Virus record (IMG/VR): IMGVR_UViG_3300021197_000608
Length of the DNA stretch: 64,000 nt
From: an uncultured virus (IMG/VR IMGVR_UViG_3300021197_000608)
Taxonomy: Duplodnaviria; Heunggongvirae; Uroviricota; Caudoviricetes
Reading direction: 5' to 3' (one strand)
Positions 9,589 to 18,142 of this stretch are shown here, in pieces (the stretch's first letter is position 1; each line of letters opens with the position of its first letter). The position numbers and the translations under genes are program-made. Below the pieces are notes generated by a model. That model was not told the DNA's origin. It made no database searches and worked only from the letters and a program-made list of their open reading frames with translations.

Positions 9589-10527
9589 TCATTTGAAGTT
9601 CACCTGTGTCATAATCTCTACCATATATGCAAGCATATTGATTTCTTGATCTGCAACAAAGGCTGATTTGTAAGAATAATCTGCTGTTGCAAGAACAAGG
9701 TGTGGAACAGTTTGTGGTTGAACTTCATCATAGAGTGTATCAAATACTTTACGATACATGCGAGAAGGATCATTGTCTAGGTTATTTGCAACCCATTTAC
9801 GAATAGACTTGAAGTCAGTTTCTTTGAGGAAAGTAACTAAGTCTTTCATATTAGTTTCTGATAGATTTACTAGAATACCAGCATCAATCATACCAGAAGC
9901 AGAATACCTTTGCAGTTCATTAAGAACTCTTCTCCAATCTGGAAAATGTTTCTCAACAATACCAGCAACAGCCTTTGGTTCAAACTGAACTTCTTCTGTT
10001 TTAAGAACTTCTTGAACACGATTAAAGAACTGTCCAGCAAGTACTGGTTTTTCTGAAGTAGGAATACGAAACTCCACAACAGAACACCTACTGTGCAAAG
10101 GTTCGATGATACGGTTCTTAAAATTACAGGTTAGAATAAACCCACAGTTCTTGTGAAACTCTTCAATAAAACCACGCAAAGCTGGTTGAGTTGATTGTGG
10201 ATTTAGATAATCTGCCTCATCTAGAATCACAAACTTACGATTACCATCCATAGAGACAGTAGACGCAAAGTTCTTGATTTTGTTTCTGAGTACATCAATA
10301 CCTGATTCTTCAGAACCGTTTATCATCATGTATGTGGCACCAAGTTCCTCAAGCATTGCTTTTGCAACTGTGGTTTTACCAACGCCAGGCCCACCTGATA
10401 GAAGAAGGTTTGGAATATGTCCTTCATCTACAAATGTCTGAAAAGTATTTTTTAAATCACTAGTAAGAATGCACTCACTAATTTTAGATGGGCGGTATTT
10501 CTCCACCCACAACATCACATCGTTCAT
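9589..10527 (-). CDS. g44: Clamp loader large subunit (gp44)
   Basis: LWVEKYRP, Walker A GPGVGKTT, ILDEAD, SRC motif. Confidence 0.97.
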   Translation of the reverse strand: MNDVMLWVEKYRPSKISECILTSDLKNTFQTFVDEGHIPNLLLSGGPGVGKTTVAKAMLEELGATYMMINGSEESGIDVLRNKIKNFASTVSMDGNRKFVILDEADYLNPQSTQPALRGFIEEFHKNCGFILTCNFKNRIIEPLHSRCSVVEFRIPTSEKPVLAGQFFNRVQEVLKTEEVQFEPKAVAGIVEKHFPDWRRVLNELQRYSASGMIDAGILVNLSETNMKDLVTFLKETDFKSIRKWVANNLDNDPSRMYRKVFDTLYDEVQPQTVPHLVLATADYSYKSAFVADQEINMLAYMVEIMTQVNFK

Positions 10528-10544
10528 AATATAATCCTTCTGGT

Positions 10545-11207
10545 TTAGGCAGCTTCAAGAGCAATAAAGTATTCAATTTGTTTGTTCATATTCACAAAGT
10601 GTGAAATGCCTTTTTCGGATACTTCTACCTTATAATCACCAGAAAGTAGTTTTAGGTTTTCAACCTTAAAATAGTATGTAAAGTTTGTTGGTGCATTATC
10701 ACCAACTGTAATACTGAAATCATTTGATGTATCATTTTTTCTGTCTGTTACAGTCAAATCAATATTACCACCAGCAGTTCCTGTGAGAACAACATCTGGT
10801 ACACCAAGAACAGCTGATGCTTTTGATATCTGATTGAATGTGTCTTGTGTAAAAGTAAACTCTACATCAACAGAAGGCATATTGATATCTGTTTTTGGTG
10901 CAGTTACAATAGATGGATCACTGAACATATAAGTCAGATTACTACCACCACCTTCTTCATTTAGACACACACTCTTCTCATCAAATGCAAGGGTTGGATC
11001 TTTGAACAGTGACATTGCAGACAAGAATTCATTCAAGTCATATATTGCAAATTCATTTTCAAATGTATCTGGAATAGTTGCTTTAGAAACAATGTTCTTC
11101 ATAGCAGACATAGTTCCAATTGTATTACCATTTTTTACCAGAAGGTTCTGGTTAATGGTTGAAAAGTTCTTTAGAACTTCTCTTGTATCATTACTAAGCT
11201 TCATCAA
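10545..11207 (-). CDS. g45: Sliding clamp (gp45)
   Basis: MKLS..T..VLKNFSTINQN, FAIYDLNEFL, YFIALE; synteny. Confidence 0.95.
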   Translation of the reverse strand: MMKLSNDTREVLKNFSTINQNLLVKNGNTIGTMSAMKNIVSKATIPDTFENEFAIYDLNEFLSAMSLFKDPTLAFDEKSVCLNEEGGGSNLTYMFSDPSIVTAPKTDINMPSVDVEFTFTQDTFNQISKASAVLGVPDVVLTGTAGGNIDLTVTDRKNDTSNDFSITVGDNAPTNFTYYFKVENLKLLSGDYKVEVSEKGISHFVNMNKQIEYFIALEAA

Positions 11208-11482
11208 TTTTTCTCCTGAGAATCGTGATTGTGAAGTGCCATTATACCATAATGGATCACCTTAAGCAAGTCTTTTCTGTTCTTGCCTTCTTTCTTTCCG
11301 TACCGTTGAGAGTATTTTAAAATATTCCCAATACAGAAACCTTCACCATGGCCACTGTCCATGATAAATTCTGTTGCTTGAAATTTATTGTGAGAATAAT
11401 GAGCATCATAGGTTTTGTCTATGTACTCTTGCATTTCTTTCAGAATAGAATCTTCTGAGTATTTGTAGTCTATATCTTTCAC
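11204..11482 (-). CDS. DUF3310-like protein (T7 gp1.7-related putative nucleotide kinase domain)
   Basis: HY...GFCIGNILKY..RYGKK....DLLK..HY pattern. Confidence 0.65.
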   Translation of the reverse strand: MKDIDYKYSEDSILKEMQEYIDKTYDAHYSHNKFQATEFIMDSGHGEGFCIGNILKYSQRYGKKEGKNRKDLLKVIHYGIMALHNHDSQEKN

Positions 11483-11512
11483 ATTTTCATCCTATAAAAT
11501 TCAATTATCATT

Positions 11513-11541
11513 ACTATATCATAAAAAGGTGCCCCTGTCAA
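11513..11541 (-). promoter_or_regulatory. Sigma70-type promoter for the DUF3310-gp45-gp44-gp62-regA operon
   Basis: TTGACA-N17-TATAGT with TG at the extended -10 position. Confidence 0.75.
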
Positions 11542-11550
11542 GAGGCACCT
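11523..11550 (-). terminator. Intrinsic terminator after hsp20
   Basis: AGGTGCCTCT-TGAC-AGGGGCACCT stem followed by TTTT. Confidence 0.85.
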
Positions 11551-11559
11551 TCACTTTAC

Positions 11560-11991
11560 TTACTTGATTTTGATTGAACGTGGTTTCTTTTCGTCTGGAA
11601 TAATTCTTTCCATGTCGATTTTAAGAATACCATCTTTCATATCAGCACCATTTACAACTACGTCATCTGACAGTGTAAATGCTTTTTTAAATCGTTTATT
11701 TGAAATACCTTTGTATAGGTATTCCTTTTCATCATCACCCTCTGGCCGAGACTTAGATTCAATCTTGAGAACATTCTCTCTGAATTCAATATCAATCTCA
11801 TCCTTTGAGAAACCAGCAACGGCAATCTCAATGGTGAACTTATCATCATCGTGTTTTACAATGTTGTAAGGGGGATAACTTGAAGGACTAGTTTGATTGG
11901 GATGATTTCCCATCAGACTGTCAAACATTCTATCGAAACCGATAGAGTAAGTATTGATCCTTGACGGATCTAGTGTAAAGGCTGTATTCAT
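11560..11991 (-). CDS. hsp20: Small heat shock protein (Hsp20/IbpA family)
   Basis: IGFDRMF, YPPYNI, IEIAVAGF, YLYKGIS...F...FTL, DGIL, C-terminal IKI. Confidence 0.95.
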   Translation of the reverse strand: MNTAFTLDPSRINTYSIGFDRMFDSLMGNHPNQTSPSSYPPYNIVKHDDDKFTIEIAVAGFSKDEIDIEFRENVLKIESKSRPEGDDEKEYLYKGISNKRFKKAFTLSDDVVVNGADMKDGILKIDMERIIPDEKKPRSIKIK

Positions 11992-12052
11992 CTTTAATCT
12001 CCTTTGTTAAGCAAGATACAGTGTAATACCCATATTATATGGCGTATCACGT
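11992..12052 (-). promoter_or_regulatory. ROSE-like RNA thermometer in the hsp20 5' UTR
   Basis: AUCUUGCU pairs with AGGAGAU (the SD), with a bulged G and a U-G pair, preceded by a second hairpin (12023-12050). Confidence 0.7.
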
Positions 12053-12053
12053 T

Positions 12054-12061
12054 TATTTATA
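12054..12061 (-). promoter_or_regulatory. T4-type late promoter TATAAATA upstream of hsp20
   Basis: Exact gp55 consensus, intergenic. Confidence 0.8.
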
Positions 12062-12169
12062 ACGGTAGTTTTTTGTATATTAGAGGCTATAAAAAACTAC
12101 CAAAATCGAGCCGCAGCTTAAGTTCTTTTGAGTGTTGAACCAGGCGCAAATGCCAAACAAACACATATT

Positions 12170-12198
12170 ATATAGGTATTCAAGAGGGATTTTTCAAC
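12170..12198 (-). promoter_or_regulatory. RpoH (sigma32)-like promoter upstream of the hsp20 leader
   Basis: GTTGAA-N16-CCTATAT, close to the alphaproteobacterial RpoH consensus CTTGAA-N16/17-CCTATAT. Confidence 0.5.
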
Positions 12199-12207
12199 CC
12201 CTCTTTT
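12182..12207. terminator. Hairpin after the DUF932 gene, probable terminator
   Basis: Minus strand AAGAGGGGTT-GAAA-AATCCCTCTT. The U-tract is short on the minus strand and slightly longer on the plus strand. Confidence 0.6.
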
Positions 12208-12213
12208 CAACTT

Positions 12214-13173
12214 TTATACAGCCTCGGCATATTCCAATGCTTTGTCGAGAGCTTTTAGTTTTACCTTTCGGTTACGTCCATACCATGCAGACTGTAAACG
12301 TCCATCATTGGAACGACCTTGAAGGTGGTCTGTCATGTTAGTGACAGAGTTGAATGCAGTCCACCAAGTACCCTGAGCAAACTCAGCGCCAGGTTGTACA
12401 TCCAAATTCTCAAAAGCAAGTTTTGAGTTACGAGAAGTGAAAGGAACAACATTGTCTACTTTCTCTTTCGCAGGCGCACCAAACACTTCGTTGAAGTACT
12501 GGATTACGTTATCACCAGTTGCTTTCTTTGAACCAAGAAATGCAGCCATTGATTTGTATTGTTCCATTTTCTCACGAGCAATACCCATCTGTTCTTTCAC
12601 ATCTTCAGCATCAAATGCTTTTCGGTGATTTACCGTTACCATTTGGTCAGCGTTTTGTGATAGGGAAAGTGCGAGGGTGTTACTACATACAACACGAATT
12701 GGTGTCATGCGAACATTAATCGCTTTACCAAACTGATGTGGATTAGAAAACAAAAAGTAGTTATCTGTAACATCACCGTTAAATAGTTCAAATGACTCTT
12801 TAGTTTTTGCAAGAGCCCATACCATTTGTCCATCTTTCAATGAACCAGCAGTATGCATTTCCATGTCACCTGACATGCAGTATTCATGGAAGAATTCAAA
12901 CGCTTCTGAGTTCTGTACTGGATTCCAACCAGTACCAACAACATCTAATACAGTGTTGTCAGATGTACGAACAAGTGCTTCCTTGTTCTTTACCGTCACA
13001 CCAGATGGTGTAACAAGTGGTTGTTTTTCAACTGTCCAATCAAGTCCAGCAACCTTTTGGAATTGGTCTGGTGTAAGTTCTTCTTCCACCTTAGTTCCAA
13101 GTCCATGCCATGGTAATTCACCGACATACGCCATTTGTGCTTCACCGTTTACGATTTCAAGTTCATGTGCCAT
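12214..13173 (-). CDS. DUF932/DUF945-family phage/plasmid protein
   Basis: MAHELE...PWHGLG...AGLDW.V, PVQN.EAF.FF, TPIRVVCSNTL, GTWWTAFNSVT...DH. Confidence 0.85.
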   Translation of the reverse strand: MAHELEIVNGEAQMAYVGELPWHGLGTKVEEELTPDQFQKVAGLDWTVEKQPLVTPSGVTVKNKEALVRTSDNTVLDVVGTGWNPVQNSEAFEFFHEYCMSGDMEMHTAGSLKDGQMVWALAKTKESFELFNGDVTDNYFLFSNPHQFGKAINVRMTPIRVVCSNTLALSLSQNADQMVTVNHRKAFDAEDVKEQMGIAREKMEQYKSMAAFLGSKKATGDNVIQYFNEVFGAPAKEKVDNVVPFTSRNSKLAFENLDVQPGAEFAQGTWWTAFNSVTNMTDHLQGRSNDGRLQSAWYGRNRKVKLKALDKALEYAEAV

Positions 13174-13219
13174 AATATAATGTCTCCTAACGACTCTGTT
13201 TTTATCAACTTACCTATAC

Positions 13220-13248
13220 AGTATACCTGTTATAATAACAAATGTCAA
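13220..13248 (-). promoter_or_regulatory. Sigma70-type (early) promoter for the DUF932 gene
   Basis: TTGACA-N17-TATACT, with an AT-rich upstream region. Confidence 0.8.
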
Positions 13249-13775
13249 GATGTTTTTAGAACTTTTTTATTCTTTTTTCTAGCTTTTTTCAAACCCATTT
13301 CAAGTTTGAGTTTAGATGCCCACATGGTAAAGTTACGTCCTTGCATATGGTCGAACTCATGTTGGAATATTCTTGCAGTGATACCACTAAACTGTGCTTG
13401 TCTTTGTTCACCATTCACATCCATAAATTCAAAACTAATTTGTTTTGGTCTTCTTATATTCAGAAATAGATTCGGATACGTCAAACATCCCTCAACAAAT
13501 AGTTCTGTTTCTTCAGATGTATTTGTAATCTTAGGATTGAAAAATATTGTCGCTGCCTTCTTATCCAAGTCTGTCATCATTACGAATGCTCTGATTGCAA
13601 GTCCACACTGATTTGCAGATAAACCTATACCCTTATACTTTATCATCGTCTTAGATAAGTTGTCAAACAATTCTTTTGGTTCAAGTCCAAACTTTTCTTT
13701 CAACTCTTCAAAGGTAATATCAGGCAATACTTCTTGTAGAATTGGTTCATTCGGATCAATTAATTCATATGTCAT
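13245..13775 (-). CDS. def: Peptide deformylase
   Basis: Three PDF motifs GIGLSANQ, EGCLT, QHEFDH. Start set at ATG 13775 (ATGA overlap with the upstream stop). Confidence 0.95.
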   Translation of the reverse strand: MTYELIDPNEPILQEVLPDITFEELKEKFGLEPKELFDNLSKTMIKYKGIGLSANQCGLAIRAFVMMTDLDKKAATIFFNPKITNTSEETELFVEGCLTYPNLFLNIRRPKQISFEFMDVNGEQRQAQFSGITARIFQHEFDHMQGRNFTMWASKLKLEMGLKKARKKNKKVLKTS

Positions 13776-14293
13776 GTTCTTCCCCAAAATTCAATAGGTT
13801 TATGTTGTTTTGTGTCGTGAAATAGATACCAACAACAGTTATCTTTTCCAACACTTTTACTATCTTCAATCCATTTAACTCTTCCTATACTAACAACTTT
13901 TTGTAACTTTGTCAAGAAGGGAATTGACTGTTTTGTATGTATCCAATCTGCATCAAACAATAACCAAGTTGGAGCCATAGATGTAAGATGTTCTATTAAA
14001 GGATGTAATATCTTTCTATCCCAAGGCGGATTTGTAATAAAGAATGGTGTATTAACTTGTTTCAATAACATCGCATCACGTTCAACAACTCTATCATTTC
14101 TTGGTTCTACGTCATACGCCTGTGTACATGTTCCACCATGTTTTTCCAAGTGATCTATTAGTCTACCATCACCAGCACAAGGTTCAGTAAATGTGTACAA
14201 CTCTGGAAGGTGTTCAACTAGAGGTAGGACAGCTTGATAGGGGGTTGGATAATAATCCCTTGGTATTCTTTCAAAGTCACTGCGTTTTCCCAT
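13772..14293 (-). CDS. Small DNA N6-adenine methyltransferase
   Basis: DYYPTP, EPCAGDG, ITNPPW. Confidence 0.8.
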   Translation of the reverse strand: MGKRSDFERIPRDYYPTPYQAVLPLVEHLPELYTFTEPCAGDGRLIDHLEKHGGTCTQAYDVEPRNDRVVERDAMLLKQVNTPFFITNPPWDRKILHPLIEHLTSMAPTWLLFDADWIHTKQSIPFLTKLQKVVSIGRVKWIEDSKSVGKDNCCWYLFHDTKQHKPIEFWGRT

Positions 14294-16002
14294 TATGTCA
14301 CCATATGACTAAAGTTCTTTTCTTTCTTGAACTGGATAATATCTCTAAACTTATCAATCAAAATATCTTGTTTGTGTGATATAACAAACACATTCTGTTT
14401 GTCAAATGTATTAAGTATTTTCAAGAAATCATCTGTACCAGTATTATCTAAAGACGAATCAAATATCTCATCTAGAATTAGTAGATTTGTATTTGTAGAG
14501 TTTTTCATCTTTGCAATAGCTCTCCAAGTAAACAACAATGCAAGGTCGATACGCATCTTCTCACCTTCAGAAAATGATGCATAAGAAAACTCATCTCTAA
14601 AACGTGACTTGATTGTTTCATTGAAGTTCTCATCAATATTAAAGTTGACAAAGAAATCCATACTCGACAAATAAGTGTTGACAAGTTTATTCATTATTGG
14701 TAAGTACTGTTTTACAATCTTTGTTTTGATACCACTATCTTGTAGAAGATTACGAGCAATATCATTGTAAAACTTATCTTCAGTTAACTTAGATTTTAGT
14801 TCTTCAACTATTTTGATTGCACCTTTTAGTTCTGATAGTTTTTCTTTATCATCATCAGATACAGAACCAGCTTCATACTTTGCAATATCTTTTTCTAGTT
14901 TTTTGTTGAACTTTTCTAATTCAGAAATAGAAGAACGTATCTTTGCAATCTCTACGTCTGCACTTCTAATATTGTCCAAGTCTCTAAGAATTTGATCTAA
15001 GAACTCTTCACTGGACTTTTCCATTTCTTCAATTTCTCCGATTGCTCGGTCGAGTTCTCCAATCTTTGAGGTTCTAGATTCAATCTGCGTCTGCTTTGTT
15101 GACTCTGTAATCGACTGTTCACAAGTCGGACATTCTGAGTTGTTCTGGAAAAATTCGATTTGTTTCTCATGGTTTCCTCGTTTGTTAACTAATGCAGCTT
15201 CCGTCTTACTTAGTTCTCTTATCTTTGCCTCTGTTCTTGTTTTTTCCTCTGCTGAGAATGATAAACTTTCCTTCTCATCGCTAAGAGTTTTAATTTCTTC
15301 TTCTTTTGACGTAATATTTTTTTCATTGTCACTTACTTTCTTTTTGTTTTCAGTGATGATATCTGATTTATTATTTGCTACGTCCTCAATGAATCTTTCT
15401 TGTAAAGAAATCTTTTCTCTAGTTATATCATGTTGATATTCAACATTACGAATTTCTTCATTTAGTTCTTTAGTTTTACTTTTTAGTAAGAAGTTCATCA
15501 AAGAAAAAATCTTAATGTCTAAGATATCTTCAACAACTTCCCTACGAGCCTTTGTAGATAATTGCATAAATGGAACAAAGGTGGAAGAACCTAGAATAAC
15601 AACCTGAGTAAAAGAACGATAGTTCAATCCTAAGATTTGTTGTTCTAAATGTTTCTGATAATCCCTTGCATTTGCATCTTGATTAATCATAGTGTCACCA
15701 ATCCAAACTTCAAACTTATTTGGTTTGATACCACGAATAACTTTTACATCTTTACTGTTAACATTAAATTCAACTTCAACAAGAGCAGAACCATTGTTGA
15801 CTGAGTTTACTAATTGTCCTTTTGAAATATTCCTAAACGGTTTATTAAAAAGACCAAAACAAAGAGCATCAAGAATAGTACTTTTACCAGCACCATTCTC
15901 TCCGATAATTAAAGTAGTTGAACTTCTGTCCAACTGCACTTCTGTAAATTGGTTTCCAGTGGAAAGAAAGTTTTTCCACTTAACGGTTTTAAATGTTATC
16001 AA
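14293..16002 (-). CDS. g46: Recombination endonuclease ATPase subunit (gp46, Rad50-like)
   Basis: GENGAGKST, CPTC zinc hook, FSEGEKMRIDL, LDEIFD. Confidence 0.97.
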   Translation of the reverse strand: MITFKTVKWKNFLSTGNQFTEVQLDRSSTTLIIGENGAGKSTILDALCFGLFNKPFRNISKGQLVNSVNNGSALVEVEFNVNSKDVKVIRGIKPNKFEVWIGDTMINQDANARDYQKHLEQQILGLNYRSFTQVVILGSSTFVPFMQLSTKARREVVEDILDIKIFSLMNFLLKSKTKELNEEIRNVEYQHDITREKISLQERFIEDVANNKSDIITENKKKVSDNEKNITSKEEEIKTLSDEKESLSFSAEEKTRTEAKIRELSKTEAALVNKRGNHEKQIEFFQNNSECPTCEQSITESTKQTQIESRTSKIGELDRAIGEIEEMEKSSEEFLDQILRDLDNIRSADVEIAKIRSSISELEKFNKKLEKDIAKYEAGSVSDDDKEKLSELKGAIKIVEELKSKLTEDKFYNDIARNLLQDSGIKTKIVKQYLPIMNKLVNTYLSSMDFFVNFNIDENFNETIKSRFRDEFSYASFSEGEKMRIDLALLFTWRAIAKMKNSTNTNLLILDEIFDSSLDNTGTDDFLKILNTFDKQNVFVISHKQDILIDKFRDIIQFKKEKNFSHMVT

Positions 16003-17075
16003 AGTTCTAAATCACTCGCTTCTACATATAACGACTTCATCATGCCTGTCAGTCGTTTCTTATCCAAGTCAACATCGAGTTCATCAATGTATCTTTCCAA
16101 TAGTGTCATAGTATCTTCTGCATTCTCTACGATTGCATCATCTACATTAGACGCATCAAGTTCACTAAAGTCTTCTACAATTTTTACCTCATGGGCTCCA
16201 GATTCAGATAAAACTCTATCAATGAATCTATCAAACTTGTAGAAATCTTTTTTATTGACAACCACTATTTTAACAAATTTATCTCTTAATGTCAATACGT
16301 TAAAATCAGAATAATCTGTAGTAGTATCATCATAATATACCTTGTCAAAGATTGTATGTGGATTTAGAATGTATTCTAGTTCTCTTGTTTCTGTATCAAA
16401 GATATGGAAACCTTTTGTTTCTTTGTAATCACTCCATGTCATCTGATAGGTATTACCAAGATAGTAGATATGACCATCATCTGACTTCTTGTGGAAATGT
16501 CCACTCATTACAGTATCAAACTTATTGAACATTTCTTTTGGATATCCAGCTTCACAAAAATGTCCAGCGTGCATTTCAAAACCATTTAGTTCCAAGTGAC
16601 CCATACAAATTTGTGCATAGGTTGATTGAATACTTCTCATTGCACGTTCATAGTTTTCTGCATTTATCCAAGGCATAAAATGAATACCTACACCATCGAA
16701 CTCTTCAGTACATGGCCCATCGTAACATTTAATATTTGGATATTTTTCTTCGCCTGGCCCACCAAGCAATTCATACAAAGAGTTTACCTCATTTGTATTT
16801 TTATAGTAGGTATCGTGATTACCTACCATCATGTGAACATCTAGTTTTCTACTTACAAGAGGTAGAACAAAACGCTCACGAAAATCCTTTGCAATCTTGT
16901 ATGAAACATACTTACGTCTGTCCATCACATCACCAAGGTGAATAACTGTTTTAATGTCGTGTTTATCTATATAAGGGAAAAACTCTTCTTCCCAAAATTT
17001 GTAGAAGTAATCATTAAATGCTAAGTTATCGTTTCGTGCGCCAAAGTGTGTATCAGTTATTAACGCTATCTTCAT
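15999..17075 (-). CDS. g47: Recombination endonuclease subunit (gp47, Mre11-like)
   Basis: ITDTHFG, HLGDVMDRR, GNHD, SGHFH. Confidence 0.97.
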   Translation of the reverse strand: MKIALITDTHFGARNDNLAFNDYFYKFWEEEFFPYIDKHDIKTVIHLGDVMDRRKYVSYKIAKDFRERFVLPLVSRKLDVHMMVGNHDTYYKNTNEVNSLYELLGGPGEEKYPNIKCYDGPCTEEFDGVGIHFMPWINAENYERAMRSIQSTYAQICMGHLELNGFEMHAGHFCEAGYPKEMFNKFDTVMSGHFHKKSDDGHIYYLGNTYQMTWSDYKETKGFHIFDTETRELEYILNPHTIFDKVYYDDTTTDYSDFNVLTLRDKFVKIVVVNKKDFYKFDRFIDRVLSESGAHEVKIVEDFSELDASNVDDAIVENAEDTMTLLERYIDELDVDLDKKRLTGMMKSLYVEASDLEL

Positions 17076-17613
17076 TTATCTCTTCACCGTCATCATCATA
17101 AAATATTTCAAGTCCTTTGGGTTGTTTCTTTTTCTTCTTTGGTTTGTAAACAGCTTCAGCTGGTAGAAAGTTCTTTTGTAGATAGTCTACAAATGCACCT
17201 TGATCACCATCTCCATCCATAAGAATATCAACATTCATGTTCTCAATAATCTTGTGTTTAACATGTTGTTGTTTCTTTTCCTTTTGTATTCTACGAATAA
17301 ATGCATAGTAAATGATTTGTGTAAAATATGCAAAAGGATTGTTTGATTTTTCTGGATTGAAGTTACTGCAATATTGTAAACAGTTTTCAATACCATCAGA
17401 AATCATTTCATCTCTATAGGTATAATTAATAAAATTTGGTCTGTATGATAAGTGGTTTGCAATCTTTAGAAAACACTCACCAATATAATTTGTAACAGGT
17501 GGTTGAGGATCACCTTCTTCTTCTGCCTCTTTACAACGCTGTTTCCACTCTTTCATCGCCTCCAAGAATTTCTTGTTATCGACATAGTGAGTGCTTCTTT
17601 GTCTTTTAGCCAT
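17053..17613 (-). CDS. g55: Late transcription sigma factor (gp55)
   Basis: HYVDNKKF, LSYRPNFINYTY..EMISDGIENC, NPFAYFTQI. Confidence 0.97.
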   Translation of the reverse strand: MAKRQRSTHYVDNKKFLEAMKEWKQRCKEAEEEGDPQPPVTNYIGECFLKIANHLSYRPNFINYTYRDEMISDGIENCLQYCSNFNPEKSNNPFAYFTQIIYYAFIRRIQKEKKQQHVKHKIIENMNVDILMDGDGDQGAFVDYLQKNFLPAEAVYKPKKKKKQPKGLEIFYDDDGEEINEDSVNN

Positions 17614-17639
17614 AACAACTCCACTTATTTGTACCCTCT

Positions 17640-17667
17640 ATTATACACATTTATTCGTGTATGTCAA
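17640..17667 (-). promoter_or_regulatory. Sigma70-type promoter for gp55-gp47-gp46
   Basis: TTGACA-N16-TATAAT. Confidence 0.75.
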
Positions 17668-17693
17668 CAAGTAAATTTATTTTCAAAAATGTA

Positions 17694-17722
17694 TTGACTT
17701 GCTATTGACAGGGTGGTATATT
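17694..17722 (+). promoter_or_regulatory. Divergent (antisense) sigma70-type promoter
   Basis: TTGACT-N17-TATATT; shares GGTGGTATATT with the gp43 promoter. Confidence 0.6.
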
Positions 17723-17755
17723 AACTATGCTGGGTTTGAGAATAGATAGATAAGC

Positions 17756-18142
17756 TTAGTGAATAGTATCTGAGATAACTTCAAAGTCATCATATAGATC
17801 TTCTTCTTCTATATCCATTAGTTCTTGATCGGATGGGAACTCAACGTCTTCTTCTTCCATTCTCATCTTAGTAACACAGTATTCATAAAATTTAGATAAT
17901 CCGTAGGATGCAGCAGTAACCACAATAATCTGTGATTTAGGCACATCGTATGAATTTGTTTCAGAGAAATGTATCCATCTCTGTAATGAGAGTGACTCTT
18001 CTAAAGAACCATCTCTTTGTAACTTAGGAAGGGCATTTAGCTTCATAGGCCTACTAACCTTCATATGAGTTTTTTCATTAGTGCTTATATTGCAGATAAT
18101 TTCCTCACCACTAGATAGTTTTAGAATTTTTACATCTGTCAT
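17756..18142 (-). CDS. Conserved hypothetical protein between uvsW and gp55, possibly Sm-like fold
   Basis: VKILKLSSGEEIIC N-terminus, acidic tail, conserved position in marine T4-like phages. Confidence 0.7.
   Translation of the reverse strand: MTDVKILKLSSGEEIICNISTNEKTHMKVSRPMKLNALPKLQRDGSLEESLSLQRWIHFSETNSYDVPKSQIIVVTAASYGLSKFYEYCVTKMRMEEEDVEFPSDQELMDIEEEDLYDDFEVISDTIH

Noticed and set aside
12064..12160. Resemblance to preQ1-I (AUAAAAAACUA) or SAM-II/SAM-V riboswitches
   Set aside because: The A-tract is one arm of a simple inverted repeat, and the required stem, loop and pseudoknot elements are not present.
12080..12166. 28-codon ORF MCLFGICAWFNTQKNLSCGSILVVFYSL upstream of hsp20
   Set aside because: No RBS, and the ATG is only 3 nt from the putative -10 box, too close to be in the transcript.
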